Source: Candidatus Poseidoniaceae archaeon (GTDB lineage Archaea; Thermoplasmatota; Poseidoniia; Poseidoniales; Poseidoniaceae). From it: a DNA stretch of 64,000 bases. A program made the position numbers and the translations under genes. Each line of letters starts with the position of its first letter. The stretch's first letter is position 1. Shown here in pieces: positions 29,077-38,249 of this stretch. The notes below the pieces were generated by a model, which saw nothing but the letters and a program-made list of their open reading frames with translations, was not told where the DNA came from and made no database searches. The DNA lies in contig CBFIJH010000010.1 of NCBI GenBank assembly GCA_965662895.1, forward strand, positions 9,975 to 73,974, written 5' to 3'.

Positions 29077-30231
29077 TCAGCCATGAACAACGTCTTCTGG
29101 AGCCATCTGACTCCATGCCATGATTCCACCCGTGAGATTGTACAATCGGCTTGGGTCAATACCCGATTGGTTGAGCAACAAAATTGCCATTTGAGAACGC
29201 ATGCCGCTACGACACATGACGACGACGTCACGGTCGTGAGGAATGCTATCAATTGCGGAATTCGCAACATCGTGGACAACATGCAAATCAAAGGTTGCAA
29301 GACGGATCTGTTCGAGTTCTTCGTCACTACGCACATCAATAATGAATGGTTCCCATCCTGTTTGTTGTTTGGATTTCAATTCAGGTACGGTCATGGATTG
29401 CATCATAATTTTCCCTGTCACATCGTCTTCTTGAACTTGCTGAGGGCGAGGAGTGCAGTAAGCAGGGTCATCAAACAACGCTTGTGCGAACGATAAATCT
29501 GTGATTTCGGGTTTTGAATCCAAAGCCCCAAATTGCAACGATTGCATGGTCATCGATTCGGCATCGTACAAGAGCAAGCGACCGATGAGGCTTGATTTCA
29601 TGCCAACAATATGTTTGATCACCTCCGTCGCTTGAAGACTACCAACAACACCGGGAAGAACACCAAACACACCCGCTTCGGCACAGTTTTGCAGCGCTCC
29701 AGCCGGAGGTGCATCAGGAAACAAATCTCGATAGCGACGATCTTCTTTTGTCGAGAAAAACGAGACTTGGCCTTCAAATCGATGGATTGAACCATACACC
29801 CAAGGAATCGAAAGCAGATGGCAAGCATCGTCGATGAGATATCGAGTTGGAATGTTGTCGGTTCCATCGACAATCACGTCCCAACCGTTGAACAATTCAA
29901 GTGCATTTTCAGGGCTGAGTCGTTGCTTATATTCGAGGATGGTTACGTTTGGATCGAGATCGAGAAGTTTCTCCTTTGCAGATTCCACTTTCATCCGACC
30001 AACGTCTTCGGTTCGATGGAGGACTTGTCGCTGAAGATTCGAAATATCGACTCGATCATCGTCGATGATACCAATCGTACCAATGCCCGCTGCAGCAAGA
30101 TAGAGGAGAACAGGGCTACCAAGTCCACCCGCACCAACAACGAAGACCTTGGCCTTCGCCAACTTCTCTTGCCCTTCAACTCCAACCTGCGGTAGGACAA
30201 GATGACGAGCGTGTCGTTGCATATCGACCAT
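29077..30231 (-). CDS. moeB: Molybdopterin-synthase adenylyltransferase MoeB/MoeZ (ThiF + rhodanese)
   Basis: RHARHLVLP, GAGGLGSP, SNLQRQ, DGTDN, NCAEAGVFGVLPG; C-terminal rhodanese CRSGMRS; start reassigned to MVDMQR. Confidence 0.88.
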   Translation of the reverse strand: MVDMQRHARHLVLPQVGVEGQEKLAKAKVFVVGAGGLGSPVLLYLAAAGIGTIGIIDDDRVDISNLQRQVLHRTEDVGRMKVESAKEKLLDLDPNVTILEYKQRLSPENALELFNGWDVIVDGTDNIPTRYLIDDACHLLSIPWVYGSIHRFEGQVSFFSTKEDRRYRDLFPDAPPAGALQNCAEAGVFGVLPGVVGSLQATEVIKHIVGMKSSLIGRLLLYDAESMTMQSLQFGALDSKPEITDLSFAQALFDDPAYCTPRPQQVQEDDVTGKIMMQSMTVPELKSKQQTGWEPFIIDVRSDEELEQIRLATFDLHVVHDVANSAIDSIPHDRDVVVMCRSGMRSQMAILLLNQSGIDPSRLYNLTGGIMAWSQMAPEDVVHG

Positions 30232-30271
30232 GTTGATGCGTATTGATGCTTCATCAAATAGACATCGTTGC

Positions 30272-31201
30272 TCAATGAACATTTTCTTCAAGCCACTTTT
30301 CAGCATCCATAGCGGCTTGGCATCCCATTCCAGCAGCCGTGATGGCTTGCTTGTATCGGGTATCAACAACATCGCCTGCTGCAAACACACCATCGACCGA
30401 AGTCATGGTGTGGCTCTTGTGAAGGATGTAGCCGTTTTCATCGGTTTCAACTTGTCCACCAAGGAAGCTTGTAATGGGTTTGTGACCGATGGCAATGAAT
30501 GCCCCTGTGGCAGCGATTTCTTCTGTAGAGCCATCTCTTGGATCTTCAAGAATTGCCCCAGTCAATCCCTTTTCATCGCTCAGCCACTCCTTAACTTGGC
30601 GGAAGGTTTTAATCTCGATTTTGGGATGATTTGCAGCACGCTCGTACATGATTGTCGAGGCTCGGAAGACATCTCGACGATGAACCAGTGTCACCTTTGA
30701 AGCAAAACGTGTGAGGAACGTTGCTTCTTCGCAAGCAGAATCGCCACCGCCCACAACGAGGACTTCTTCATTCCGGAAGAAAGCACCATCACAAGTTGCA
30801 CACGTCGATATTCCACGACCTTTTTGTTCCGCCTCACCCGGAGCATCAAGCCAAATGGATTCTGCTCCTGTACAAACAATAAGAGAATGGGCGAAGAAAT
30901 CCTCACCTTCAACCGTGACCTTGAACGGTCGAGAGGATGTGTCAACGGATTCGACATTTTTGTCCTGAACGTTCAAACCGAATCGTTCTGCTTGCTCACG
31001 GAGTTGCATCATCATTTCAGGGCCACCGATTCCTTCTGGATAGCCGGGGAAGTTCTCGATATCACTGGTCAGCATCAATTGGCCGCCAGACATGTATCCA
31101 GCAAACATGAGCGGTTCGAGCATGGCTCGAGCAGCGTACAAACCGGCAGTGTATCCAGCAGGTCCTGAACCGATAACAATGACATTGTGAACATCCGACA
31201 T
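30272..31201 (-). CDS. trxB: Thioredoxin-disulfide reductase
   Basis: GSGPAGYTA, GGQL, CATCDG, GGGDSACEEA, HRRD, GVFAAGDV; start reassigned to MSDVHN. Confidence 0.95.
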   Translation of the reverse strand: MSDVHNVIVIGSGPAGYTAGLYAARAMLEPLMFAGYMSGGQLMLTSDIENFPGYPEGIGGPEMMMQLREQAERFGLNVQDKNVESVDTSSRPFKVTVEGEDFFAHSLIVCTGAESIWLDAPGEAEQKGRGISTCATCDGAFFRNEEVLVVGGGDSACEEATFLTRFASKVTLVHRRDVFRASTIMYERAANHPKIEIKTFRQVKEWLSDEKGLTGAILEDPRDGSTEEIAATGAFIAIGHKPITSFLGGQVETDENGYILHKSHTMTSVDGVFAAGDVVDTRYKQAITAAGMGCQAAMDAEKWLEENVH

Positions 31202-31328
31202 TTGACTCACTCTACGACCAACACCCCGATGGACTTGAACATTATCCCTGTGTTTTCTCGACCTCGAACTCGACTCTTGTATCTCAGTCATAGGTGATGT
31301 CACAATTTATCGTTGCCCATCTCTCCCA

Positions 31329-31880
31329 TTGCTCATGGATGTCGCATCACACTGGTTGATGGGTTCGGGTGCCACGAACGGGCGGACAAAGTTCTGGGTA
31401 GCAGGACTCATGGGCGTCCTTCCAGATCTTTTGGTTTTCATTCCAAATTCCTTCTTGTTGGATGAGCGACCTGAAATAACCGATGAAACTATAACTGCAG
31501 ATTTTGGTTGGTATGCTTGGGAAGCATACCAAGTCACACATAGCCTTGTTTGGGCAACGATTGGATTTCTTTTCACATGGATTTTCTTCGAGAAGAGAGG
31601 CGTATCCCAGCGATTGTTCACCAACGATGCACTCTCGGCGCGAGATGCGGCAATCTGGCTTTGGCTTCCCTGGTTTATTCATATTTTCAACGACATTCCG
31701 ACACACACTGCGAAGTTCTTCCCAACCCCCTTCTTGGCGCCGTTTAGTGACGTACGAGTTGATGGATATCGCTGGAGTACACCTTGGGTTTGGTTCACGA
31801 ATCTTGCGATCATCCTCGCAATATGGTCGTATGTGTTTTACAAGAAACGAAAGCAATCACTCGTCGAGAAAGGGACGTAG
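31329..31880 (+). CDS. Membrane-bound metal-dependent hydrolase-like protein (YdjM/DUF457-like)
   Basis: SH..., LPD, THSL, HIFNDIPTH motifs with TM segments. Confidence 0.7.
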   Translation: MLMDVASHWLMGSGATNGRTKFWVAGLMGVLPDLLVFIPNSFLLDERPEITDETITADFGWYAWEAYQVTHSLVWATIGFLFTWIFFEKRGVSQRLFTNDALSARDAAIWLWLPWFIHIFNDIPTHTAKFFPTPFLAPFSDVRVDGYRWSTPWVWFTNLAIILAIWSYVFYKKRKQSLVEKGT

Positions 31881-32258
31881 TGCGTCCACTGCAGCTGTTG
31901 CATGTGGCCCAATTCGAGGGTTGATGTGTTCAGGTAATGCACCTGGTCCGATAATACCCAAACCGATTGGTTTGTTGTGAACCAATTGCAATTCAAGAAT
32001 CGTCTTGACAACGCCTTGGCCCATCACGAGACCATGGTCTGTCTCGCCCTTTTCGATAATCCCGAGACAAAATGCACCATCGATGTCCTCACTCGAGAGG
32101 ACTCTGTCGAGTGCCAGAGGAATCTCCATACAGCCTGGAACTCGAACAACATCGACAAGGTTGTACCCCAAATCTTCTGCTTGAGAGCTAGCGATTGTCA
32201 ACATTCTCTCCATTTCATCCAAGTGGTACATTGCACATACTGCTACGATATTTGTCAT
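31857..32258 (-). CDS. ribH: 6,7-dimethyl-8-ribityllumazine synthase (archaeal-type)
   Basis: VPGCMEIP, LGIIEKGETDH, KPIGLGIIGPG; rib operon. Confidence 0.88.
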   Translation of the reverse strand: MTNIVAVCAMYHLDEMERMLTIASSQAEDLGYNLVDVVRVPGCMEIPLALDRVLSSEDIDGAFCLGIIEKGETDHGLVMGQGVVKTILELQLVHNKPIGLGIIGPGALPEHINPRIGPHATAAVDALRPFLDE

Positions 32259-32260
32259 GT

Positions 32261-32860
32261 TTATTTCTCCTTCATCATTCGTTCAACGGTTTCAACAATC
32301 ATCATGGTTGTTGAATCGATTTCAAGATTGACTGCGTCACCGATTTGTTTCTCACCGATGGTCGTCAGTCGAAGCGTTTCTGGAATCAAATGCAAGTCAA
32401 AGTGGTTCTCTGAAACTTCGCCTATGGTCAGAGAAATACCGTCGATTCCAATGTACCCTTTGCTGACGATGTACTTTCGGACATCTGGAGGTACAATAAT
32501 CGAATACTGGGCACCATCACCAACACCGTCCGCTTTGCTGATGAGACCTCGTCCAATGATGTGTCCTGAAAGCAGATGTCCTCCAATCTCGTCTCCATAT
32601 CGCAATGATCGCTCCACATTCACAGAATGGCCTTGTTCAAGTTGGCCCAAGGTTGTCTTTTCGAGGGTTTCTGGGATGACGTCGAACGAAACAATGTTGT
32701 CTGAGAATTCTGTTGCTGTTAAGCAAACACCATCGATGGAAATACTTGCTCCAATCTGCAATCCTTCCGTTGATGGGACGCGAATTCGAAGCGTTGTAAT
32801 CTCGTTTCCAGTTTCGATGGAAACGATTTCACCCCGGCCCTGAACGATACCCGTGAACAT
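32261..32860 (-). CDS. ribE: Riboflavin synthase (bacterial-type alpha chain)
   Basis: N-terminal MFTGIV, DGVCLT, GGHLLSGH, DGISLT, LIPET, VNLEID. Confidence 0.95.
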   Translation of the reverse strand: MFTGIVQGRGEIVSIETGNEITTLRIRVPSTEGLQIGASISIDGVCLTATEFSDNIVSFDVIPETLEKTTLGQLEQGHSVNVERSLRYGDEIGGHLLSGHIIGRGLISKADGVGDGAQYSIIVPPDVRKYIVSKGYIGIDGISLTIGEVSENHFDLHLIPETLRLTTIGEKQIGDAVNLEIDSTTMMIVETVERMMKEK

Positions 32861-33312
32861 CAGAATTCACCGCCTTTCGCTCGCTCAACAATACGAGCAA
32901 TAATCTTCCGCGTACCATCCAAATCATCGCTCAGACCTTCAACCCGAACGACATCAATCGATGAATAGCCTCGTTCTTCCAAGGCTGTGCGGATTCGATC
33001 TTCTGCATGTTCTTGGTCGTATCCTAAAGCAATCACCGAAGGTTGGATTTCTGGAAGAATATCGAAAATGGGGACATCGGGTGGGTTCCCAACGCAAGCA
33101 ACATCAACTGGCTTCAAACCTTCAACCATTCGACGTCGCAAGTCTTGGTTGGTGACAGGTTCGTGTTTTCGCTTACGAACTGTATCGTCGTGCGCAACGA
33201 CCACAGTCAAGTGGTCCCCGAGATTTTTGGCTTGTTCCAAATAATGTAAGTGGCCAGCGTGAAGGAGGTCAAAAACTCCAACTGCCATGACCTTACGCAT
33301 CGTGTCCACCAA
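32860..33312 (-). CDS. ribL: FAD synthetase (archaeal RibL, cytidylyltransferase fold)
   Basis: GVFDLLHAGH, VVVAHD, ALGYDQ; located in the rib operon. Confidence 0.88.
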   Translation of the reverse strand: MVDTMRKVMAVGVFDLLHAGHLHYLEQAKNLGDHLTVVVAHDDTVRKRKHEPVTNQDLRRRMVEGLKPVDVACVGNPPDVPIFDILPEIQPSVIALGYDQEHAEDRIRTALEERGYSSIDVVRVEGLSDDLDGTRKIIARIVERAKGGEF

Positions 33313-33341
33313 AGTACAGCAATTGAATCATGTTCTTGATG

Positions 33342-34049
33342 TTAACCGTGCAATGCTGCGATGACTTCTGCACCTTCCAAAAATGGAATTCCACGTTCGT
33401 TCGCCCATGCACGGGCATCACCAACTGAGAGTGCACCATCTCCATCTGGTTGCAACATTTCTGCACCAATAACAACAGGCGTAAGCCCCGCAAGTCGGGC
33501 AATACCGACTGCAAGTTCAGTATGACCCTGACGGGTTAGCAAACCACCTTCGGATTCTCGACAGACCGGAATATGACCAGGTGTTCGAAACTCCGCACCC
33601 ATGCGACGCTGAGCCTCGCTCTTTGGAAGGTTGTCCTCAAAAACAATTGATGTTAATTCAGCAAAACGCCGGGTTGTAAGCGCACGGTCATGATCGGTAA
33701 TGCCGGTGTATGTTTCACGATGATTAAGCGAAAGTGTGAATGCTGACCGTGAATCATAGCGCAAATCATTTGTTTTCAGTTCAGCGAGAACTGGGTATTC
33801 CGTGGTCAAGGCATCATGCGTGTGCAGATCTTGCAAAAACGGCAATCCAAATGCTTCGCCAACGTCGTGGCCGATTGCAAGGAAGAGGAGCCCCCCGCAA
33901 TCTTGGCGAAGTTGTCGCATGGTTGCAGGCTTAGCAAATGAAGCCGGGAACAGAAGGTCGGTTTCTCCTTCTCGTTTGTCCGAGTCAAACAAACAGACCG
34001 GGTCGCCTCGACGGAAAGCTTCGATTGCTGCTTTCACCGTTTCCGCCAT
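33342..34049 (-). CDS. ribB: 3,4-dihydroxy-2-butanone-4-phosphate synthase (archaeal-type)
   Basis: DSDKREGETD, YDSRSAFTLSLNHRETYTGITDHDRALT, FRTPGH, RQGHTE, EML; start reassigned to MAETVK. Confidence 0.93.
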   Translation of the reverse strand: MAETVKAAIEAFRRGDPVCLFDSDKREGETDLLFPASFAKPATMRQLRQDCGGLLFLAIGHDVGEAFGLPFLQDLHTHDALTTEYPVLAELKTNDLRYDSRSAFTLSLNHRETYTGITDHDRALTTRRFAELTSIVFEDNLPKSEAQRRMGAEFRTPGHIPVCRESEGGLLTRQGHTELAVGIARLAGLTPVVIGAEMLQPDGDGALSVGDARAWANERGIPFLEGAEVIAALHG

Positions 34050-34173
34050 AGTCCGTGCTTTTGTTTCACCTTCATGAACCGTCGTATTGCAATGTATGTA
34101 CAGAATTCCGGCAAACGATTGACGGAAAGGGGTTAATGTAGGGAACGGCTTGGCTTGTACTCGCGGGGGTGGA

Positions 34174-35322
34174 ATGATGGGTGTAAAACTAGGTCCAGCG
34201 GGCGTACCTTTGTCTTGTAAAGGACGTACAATCGTCGAAGGCATGGACGACATTATTGCTCTCGGACTCGAAACAATGGAAGCGCAAACGGTCCGACTCA
34301 TCCAACCTCAACACTTCGAACAATACTGGCAAGCAGGCGTGCTCGCCAACAAAGCAGATTTTGAGATGAACATTCACGGACCATACTATTCGGAACTCCT
34401 TGGTAATCGAGTTGAACGAGGTCGATCTCTTGCCAAAATAGAAGCGACATTGCAAGCAGCAAGGACCATTAACGCACGACATGTTACATTGCACACTGGA
34501 CACTACGGTGATTTTGGGCGAGGCACTGCTGCGAACGAACAACTTGCCAACATCTTCTCCAGTATTGTTGAACGTGTTCACGATATTTGGCACGATGATG
34601 AGGACGAATTTCCCGTATTCCCTTGGATAAAAAACGGAACGCCCTCGAAAATTGGCATTGAAACATCCGGTCGCCAGGAATTGTGGGGTACCCTCGAAGA
34701 AGTCATCGAAGTGGTTAATCACGTTGAAGGGACCATTCCCGTTCTCAACATCGCCCACATTCACGCCCGTGGCCACGGACGAATGAAGACCTCCGAAGAC
34801 TATGGCGAGTTGTTTGACATGGTTCGAGAGTCGATTGGTACCAAGGAATTCTATTGCCACTTCTCAGGTGTTGAGCACCGAACTGGAAATGCAATGCATT
34901 ACACGCAGATTAAGAAATCTGACCTAAATTTTGAACCGTTAGCGGAGTTCATTGTCGAGGACGGTGGGTGGTTGGACATCACCCTGATATCAGATTCACC
35001 TCTCTTGGAACACGATGCAATGTATATGCTACAAAACATCGACAAAGCCAAACACAAGCAACTTGAACGCAAGGCTCGAGAGGATCGTCGCCGTGCGCTC
35101 GCTGCTCAAACAGGAACATCGGTCGAAGATCTTCAACGTCGTGAAGAAGAAATGGCGAAATTGCGAACACAAGGTGCACCTGAAGAAAAGCCGGCTGAAA
35201 AAGCAAAACCTGAACCTGTCAAGGAAAAGAAACAGGCAAAAAAGAAGACGGCCGCTTCAAAGAAGAAAGAAGAAGAAGACGTCTTCTCGTTTGATGAAGA
35301 AGACGATGACGACTTATTTTGA
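34174..35322 (+). CDS. Archaeal endonuclease IV-like TIM-barrel protein with charged C-terminal tail
   Basis: LGPAGVP, HGPYY, HTG, IETSGR...GTLEE, HIHAR, HFSG, ISDSPLLEHDA. Confidence 0.82.
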   Translation: MMGVKLGPAGVPLSCKGRTIVEGMDDIIALGLETMEAQTVRLIQPQHFEQYWQAGVLANKADFEMNIHGPYYSELLGNRVERGRSLAKIEATLQAARTINARHVTLHTGHYGDFGRGTAANEQLANIFSSIVERVHDIWHDDEDEFPVFPWIKNGTPSKIGIETSGRQELWGTLEEVIEVVNHVEGTIPVLNIAHIHARGHGRMKTSEDYGELFDMVRESIGTKEFYCHFSGVEHRTGNAMHYTQIKKSDLNFEPLAEFIVEDGGWLDITLISDSPLLEHDAMYMLQNIDKAKHKQLERKAREDRRRALAAQTGTSVEDLQRREEEMAKLRTQGAPEEKPAEKAKPEPVKEKKQAKKKTAASKKKEEEDVFSFDEEDDDDLF

Positions 35323-35412
35323 GTCGGCGATTCAATTCTTGAGCAAAAAAGAGGATTTCTCCCTTCCAATTAGGGAATGCACATAAGGACAAAGAGTTCG
35401 AAGTCCCGAGTC

Positions 35413-36411
35413 ATGGCACACATCGCGGTGTTAGGATTGGGAAATTGGGGGACTGCAATTGGTCGACTCTGGTTGATGGAAGGCCATCATGTCAAAGGGT
35501 GGACGATTGAGCAAGAAGTGTATGAATCGATTACAATGGATGGAGTCAATCGAAAGTACCTTCCACAACATTCAGTCGAGGGCATGGAAGTAACAATGCA
35601 TCTGGAAGAGGCAGTGGATGGTGTCGAAATCGTTGTTTTGGCCATTCCATCTTCCGTCATCTTGGATGTCGTTCACGATGTCATCCCATATCTTCGTCCG
35701 GGGCATGTCTTGCTCGATTTAGCAAAAGGTCTTGCCCCAGGTAAACGGCTCATCTCACAGGCGATTCATCAAGCTCTGAGAGAAGCTGATTGCTCAAACC
35801 CAATGGCGGTCCTTACCGGTCCGACGATTGCACCAGAAGCCGCTGGAGGAGTTATGACAACTGCTCTGGTCGCATCAGAAGACCTTTCCGTTGCTGAACG
35901 TCTTGCAGATACCCTGTCGACTCCAACACTCCTCCTTCATGCTGCATCAGATCCAGAAGGTGCTGAATTATGGGGTGCATTCAAGAATGTCGTTGCCCTT
36001 GCATGTGGACTAGTTGACGGATTGAAAACGATAGGAACGCTCGGAGGAGACAATCTGAAGGCAGCAATTTTCAGTGCAGGATTCAAGGAAGGATGCATCC
36101 TTTTGCCCTTACTCGGAGCTCGAGCAGAGGTTGCATTTGGCCCTGCAGGCCTCGGCGACCTCTACGTAACCGCCACGTCCCCTTATGGTAGGAACAGGAC
36201 GATGGGTGAGAAACTTGGAACTGGTAAGAATTTGGAGCAAGCACTCGCTGAAATGACCATGGTGGCTGAAGGCGTACGGGCTGCGAGAATGTTCCGAGAC
36301 CGCGCAATCGATCAAGGAATTGAGATTCCGTTTACGAAAGCGCTCAATACCCTTCTTGATGGGGCAATCGAAGCAGAAGAATGCTGTCGCCGTATGGTTC
36401 TCTTGGGATAA
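35413..36411 (+). CDS. gpsA: NAD(P)H-dependent glycerol-3-phosphate dehydrogenase (bacterial GpsA type)
   Basis: VLGLGNWGTA, NRKYLP, AKGL, LTGPTIA, GAFKNVVALACG, GLGDLYVT, RNRTMG, AEGV. Confidence 0.92.
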   Translation: MAHIAVLGLGNWGTAIGRLWLMEGHHVKGWTIEQEVYESITMDGVNRKYLPQHSVEGMEVTMHLEEAVDGVEIVVLAIPSSVILDVVHDVIPYLRPGHVLLDLAKGLAPGKRLISQAIHQALREADCSNPMAVLTGPTIAPEAAGGVMTTALVASEDLSVAERLADTLSTPTLLLHAASDPEGAELWGAFKNVVALACGLVDGLKTIGTLGGDNLKAAIFSAGFKEGCILLPLLGARAEVAFGPAGLGDLYVTATSPYGRNRTMGEKLGTGKNLEQALAEMTMVAEGVRAARMFRDRAIDQGIEIPFTKALNTLLDGAIEAEECCRRMVLLG

Positions 36412-36426
36412 GGCCGATTTCCTCAT

Positions 36427-36678
36427 ATGGAGGTAGGATATCCTCCAAACATGTCAGATGACGACTCCTCTGATTTGACCGATTTTGAAGAGGGCCTGCT
36501 TGAATGGTTGTGTGAAAACAACTTCCATGTTGAACCTTGGTCAACAAAGAAGGCTGCAAAGCAATTCTACGTTGAAGAAGAAGCAATTTACGAAGCAATT
36601 GCTGCTTTGACACGAAAGGTTCCACTGCGGATTCAAGTCTTTTACAAGAATGGGGCACTTCACATCGCTGCAGATTAG
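36427..36678 (+). CDS. Small hypothetical protein (possible winged-helix)
   Basis: 83-aa ORF; GGAGG SD suggests a start at MSDDD (36451). Confidence 0.6.
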   Translation: MEVGYPPNMSDDDSSDLTDFEEGLLEWLCENNFHVEPWSTKKAAKQFYVEEEAIYEAIAALTRKVPLRIQVFYKNGALHIAAD

Positions 36679-36682
36679 AAAA

Positions 36683-37558
36683 TTACTCCGAAGCCTCATC
36701 TGCCGTTCTAGACTTCATCAGAAAGTTCAGCCATTTTGGTTGGCGTACTTCTCCGTCATCCGTCACGAATGAACGAATCATTAACGAAAGCAAGTCAATG
36801 ATGATGACCACAATAAAGATGAGAATGAGTAAAGCAAGCACCTTGTCGTATTGTAAGAGTTTGAGATACGTATTGATGTAGAAACCAATACCCCCTGCTC
36901 CAACAAGACCAATCACTGTACCATGTCGAACATTGTATTCAAACATAAACATGAGTTGGCTAAGCAGATGATTCCCCGTCTCGGGAATGACGACGGAAGT
37001 GAAGATGGTTGGATGAGAAATGCCCATCGCTTTGCTGACATCAAGAGAATCACTGGGCATGCCCTCAAAGGCCTCGTACTGTAATTTTCCAAGATAGCCA
37101 ACCGTGTAGAAGGTCATGGCGAGAACACCCGCCAAAGGACCGACGCCGATAACGATGACGAAGATTATTGCCCAGATGAGTGACGGGAGGCTTCGGATGG
37201 CCGATAGCACAATTCGGAATACTAGAGCAATGGGCATAGGCATCAGGTTTTTTGCTGCAAAAGAGGAAAGAGAAAGTGCTCCAATGAACCCAAGAATTGT
37301 GGCAACAAAGGCGATTTTGATTGTTTCAACCATGCCTACGTATCCAACCGAACAAAGCAATTCAATGTCTTTCTCACAAACGGGATACGATTGTGCTTCC
37401 AAAACAGACCAGTTCGGCGGCCACATGCTGTCATGAATGAAGGTTGACAGGTTGTCAAATCCTCCACCTAATCGCCCCCAATCACCAGCCAAATCGCTGA
37501 GAACGAGAAGAGTAAGGAACAACAAACCGCCGGCAGCGGCGATGAAGCCCTTTCTCAT
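36683..37558 (-). CDS. ABC transporter permease, PhnE/PtxC family
   Basis: MWPP, ETIKIA, RSLPSLIWA, GVGPLAGVLA, GKL..E, FEYNVR...IGLVGAGGIG; ATGA overlap with the ATPase fixes the start at 37558. Confidence 0.9.
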   Translation of the reverse strand: MRKGFIAAAGGLLFLTLLVLSDLAGDWGRLGGGFDNLSTFIHDSMWPPNWSVLEAQSYPVCEKDIELLCSVGYVGMVETIKIAFVATILGFIGALSLSSFAAKNLMPMPIALVFRIVLSAIRSLPSLIWAIIFVIVIGVGPLAGVLAMTFYTVGYLGKLQYEAFEGMPSDSLDVSKAMGISHPTIFTSVVIPETGNHLLSQLMFMFEYNVRHGTVIGLVGAGGIGFYINTYLKLLQYDKVLALLILIFIVVIIIDLLSLMIRSFVTDDGEVRQPKWLNFLMKSRTADEASE

Positions 37559-38232
37559 TCCTCTTCCTCCTGCATTTTCTGCCATTGTTCGATGGACATG
37601 TCGAGAAGTTGTTTGTCTTCGATCAACCAAATTCTTGTGGCAATCATCTCAACATTCTCTTCATGATGCTCAACCATTATGATCGAATTTCCTGATTCGA
37701 TGAGGGTTTGTACTGCTTCGGTAACAACGTCCACGGTTGAATGATCGAGTTCGCTCAAAAATTCGTCAGCCAACAAGAGCTTTGGCCGTTGTGCCAAAGC
37801 ACGAGCTGTTGCAACCCTTCGCATTTGCCCACCTGATAATCGCCGAATAGGCTCACGGATTTTCTCTTTCAAGCCGACCGCGGAAAGAGCTGACACAACT
37901 CGTTCCATTCGCTCTTCTCGCTTCCCTTTCAGCAGTGGAAGACTGGCTCGTGCCCCCAGATTTACATTGTGATAGACGCTTGCGTGACGAACCAAACCAA
38001 GTCGTTGTGGAATGTAGCCCAGTCCACCTTGTGATGAAAGTTGAAGTTCCAACGTACCCTGTCGTGGAGGAACCAAGCCTGCAATGGTTCGAACAAGCGT
38101 GGTCTTTCCGATGCCTGATGGGCCGAGAACAGCGATAATCTCACCAGAGTGAACCTCCAATGAAATATCCCGAACCAAATCTTCCTTGAATCCGATGCTC
38201 AAATCCGAAATGGTGAGGAGTGGTTCAGCCAT
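37555..38232 (-). CDS. ABC transporter ATP-binding subunit, PhnC-like
   Basis: GPSGIGKTT, LSGGQMRRV, LLADE, H-loop; start MAEPLL. Confidence 0.92.
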   Translation of the reverse strand: MAEPLLTISDLSIGFKEDLVRDISLEVHSGEIIAVLGPSGIGKTTLVRTIAGLVPPRQGTLELQLSSQGGLGYIPQRLGLVRHASVYHNVNLGARASLPLLKGKREERMERVVSALSAVGLKEKIREPIRRLSGGQMRRVATARALAQRPKLLLADEFLSELDHSTVDVVTEAVQTLIESGNSIIMVEHHEENVEMIATRIWLIEDKQLLDMSIEQWQKMQEEEE

Positions 38233-38249
38233 GTGCATCAACCTCTTGT

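Noticed and set aside
31977-32843. 288-aa + strand ORF and other long antisense ORFs (e.g. 1452-2147, 8107-8766, 34189-34860)
   Set aside because: They lie fully opposite well-supported genes and show no motifs.
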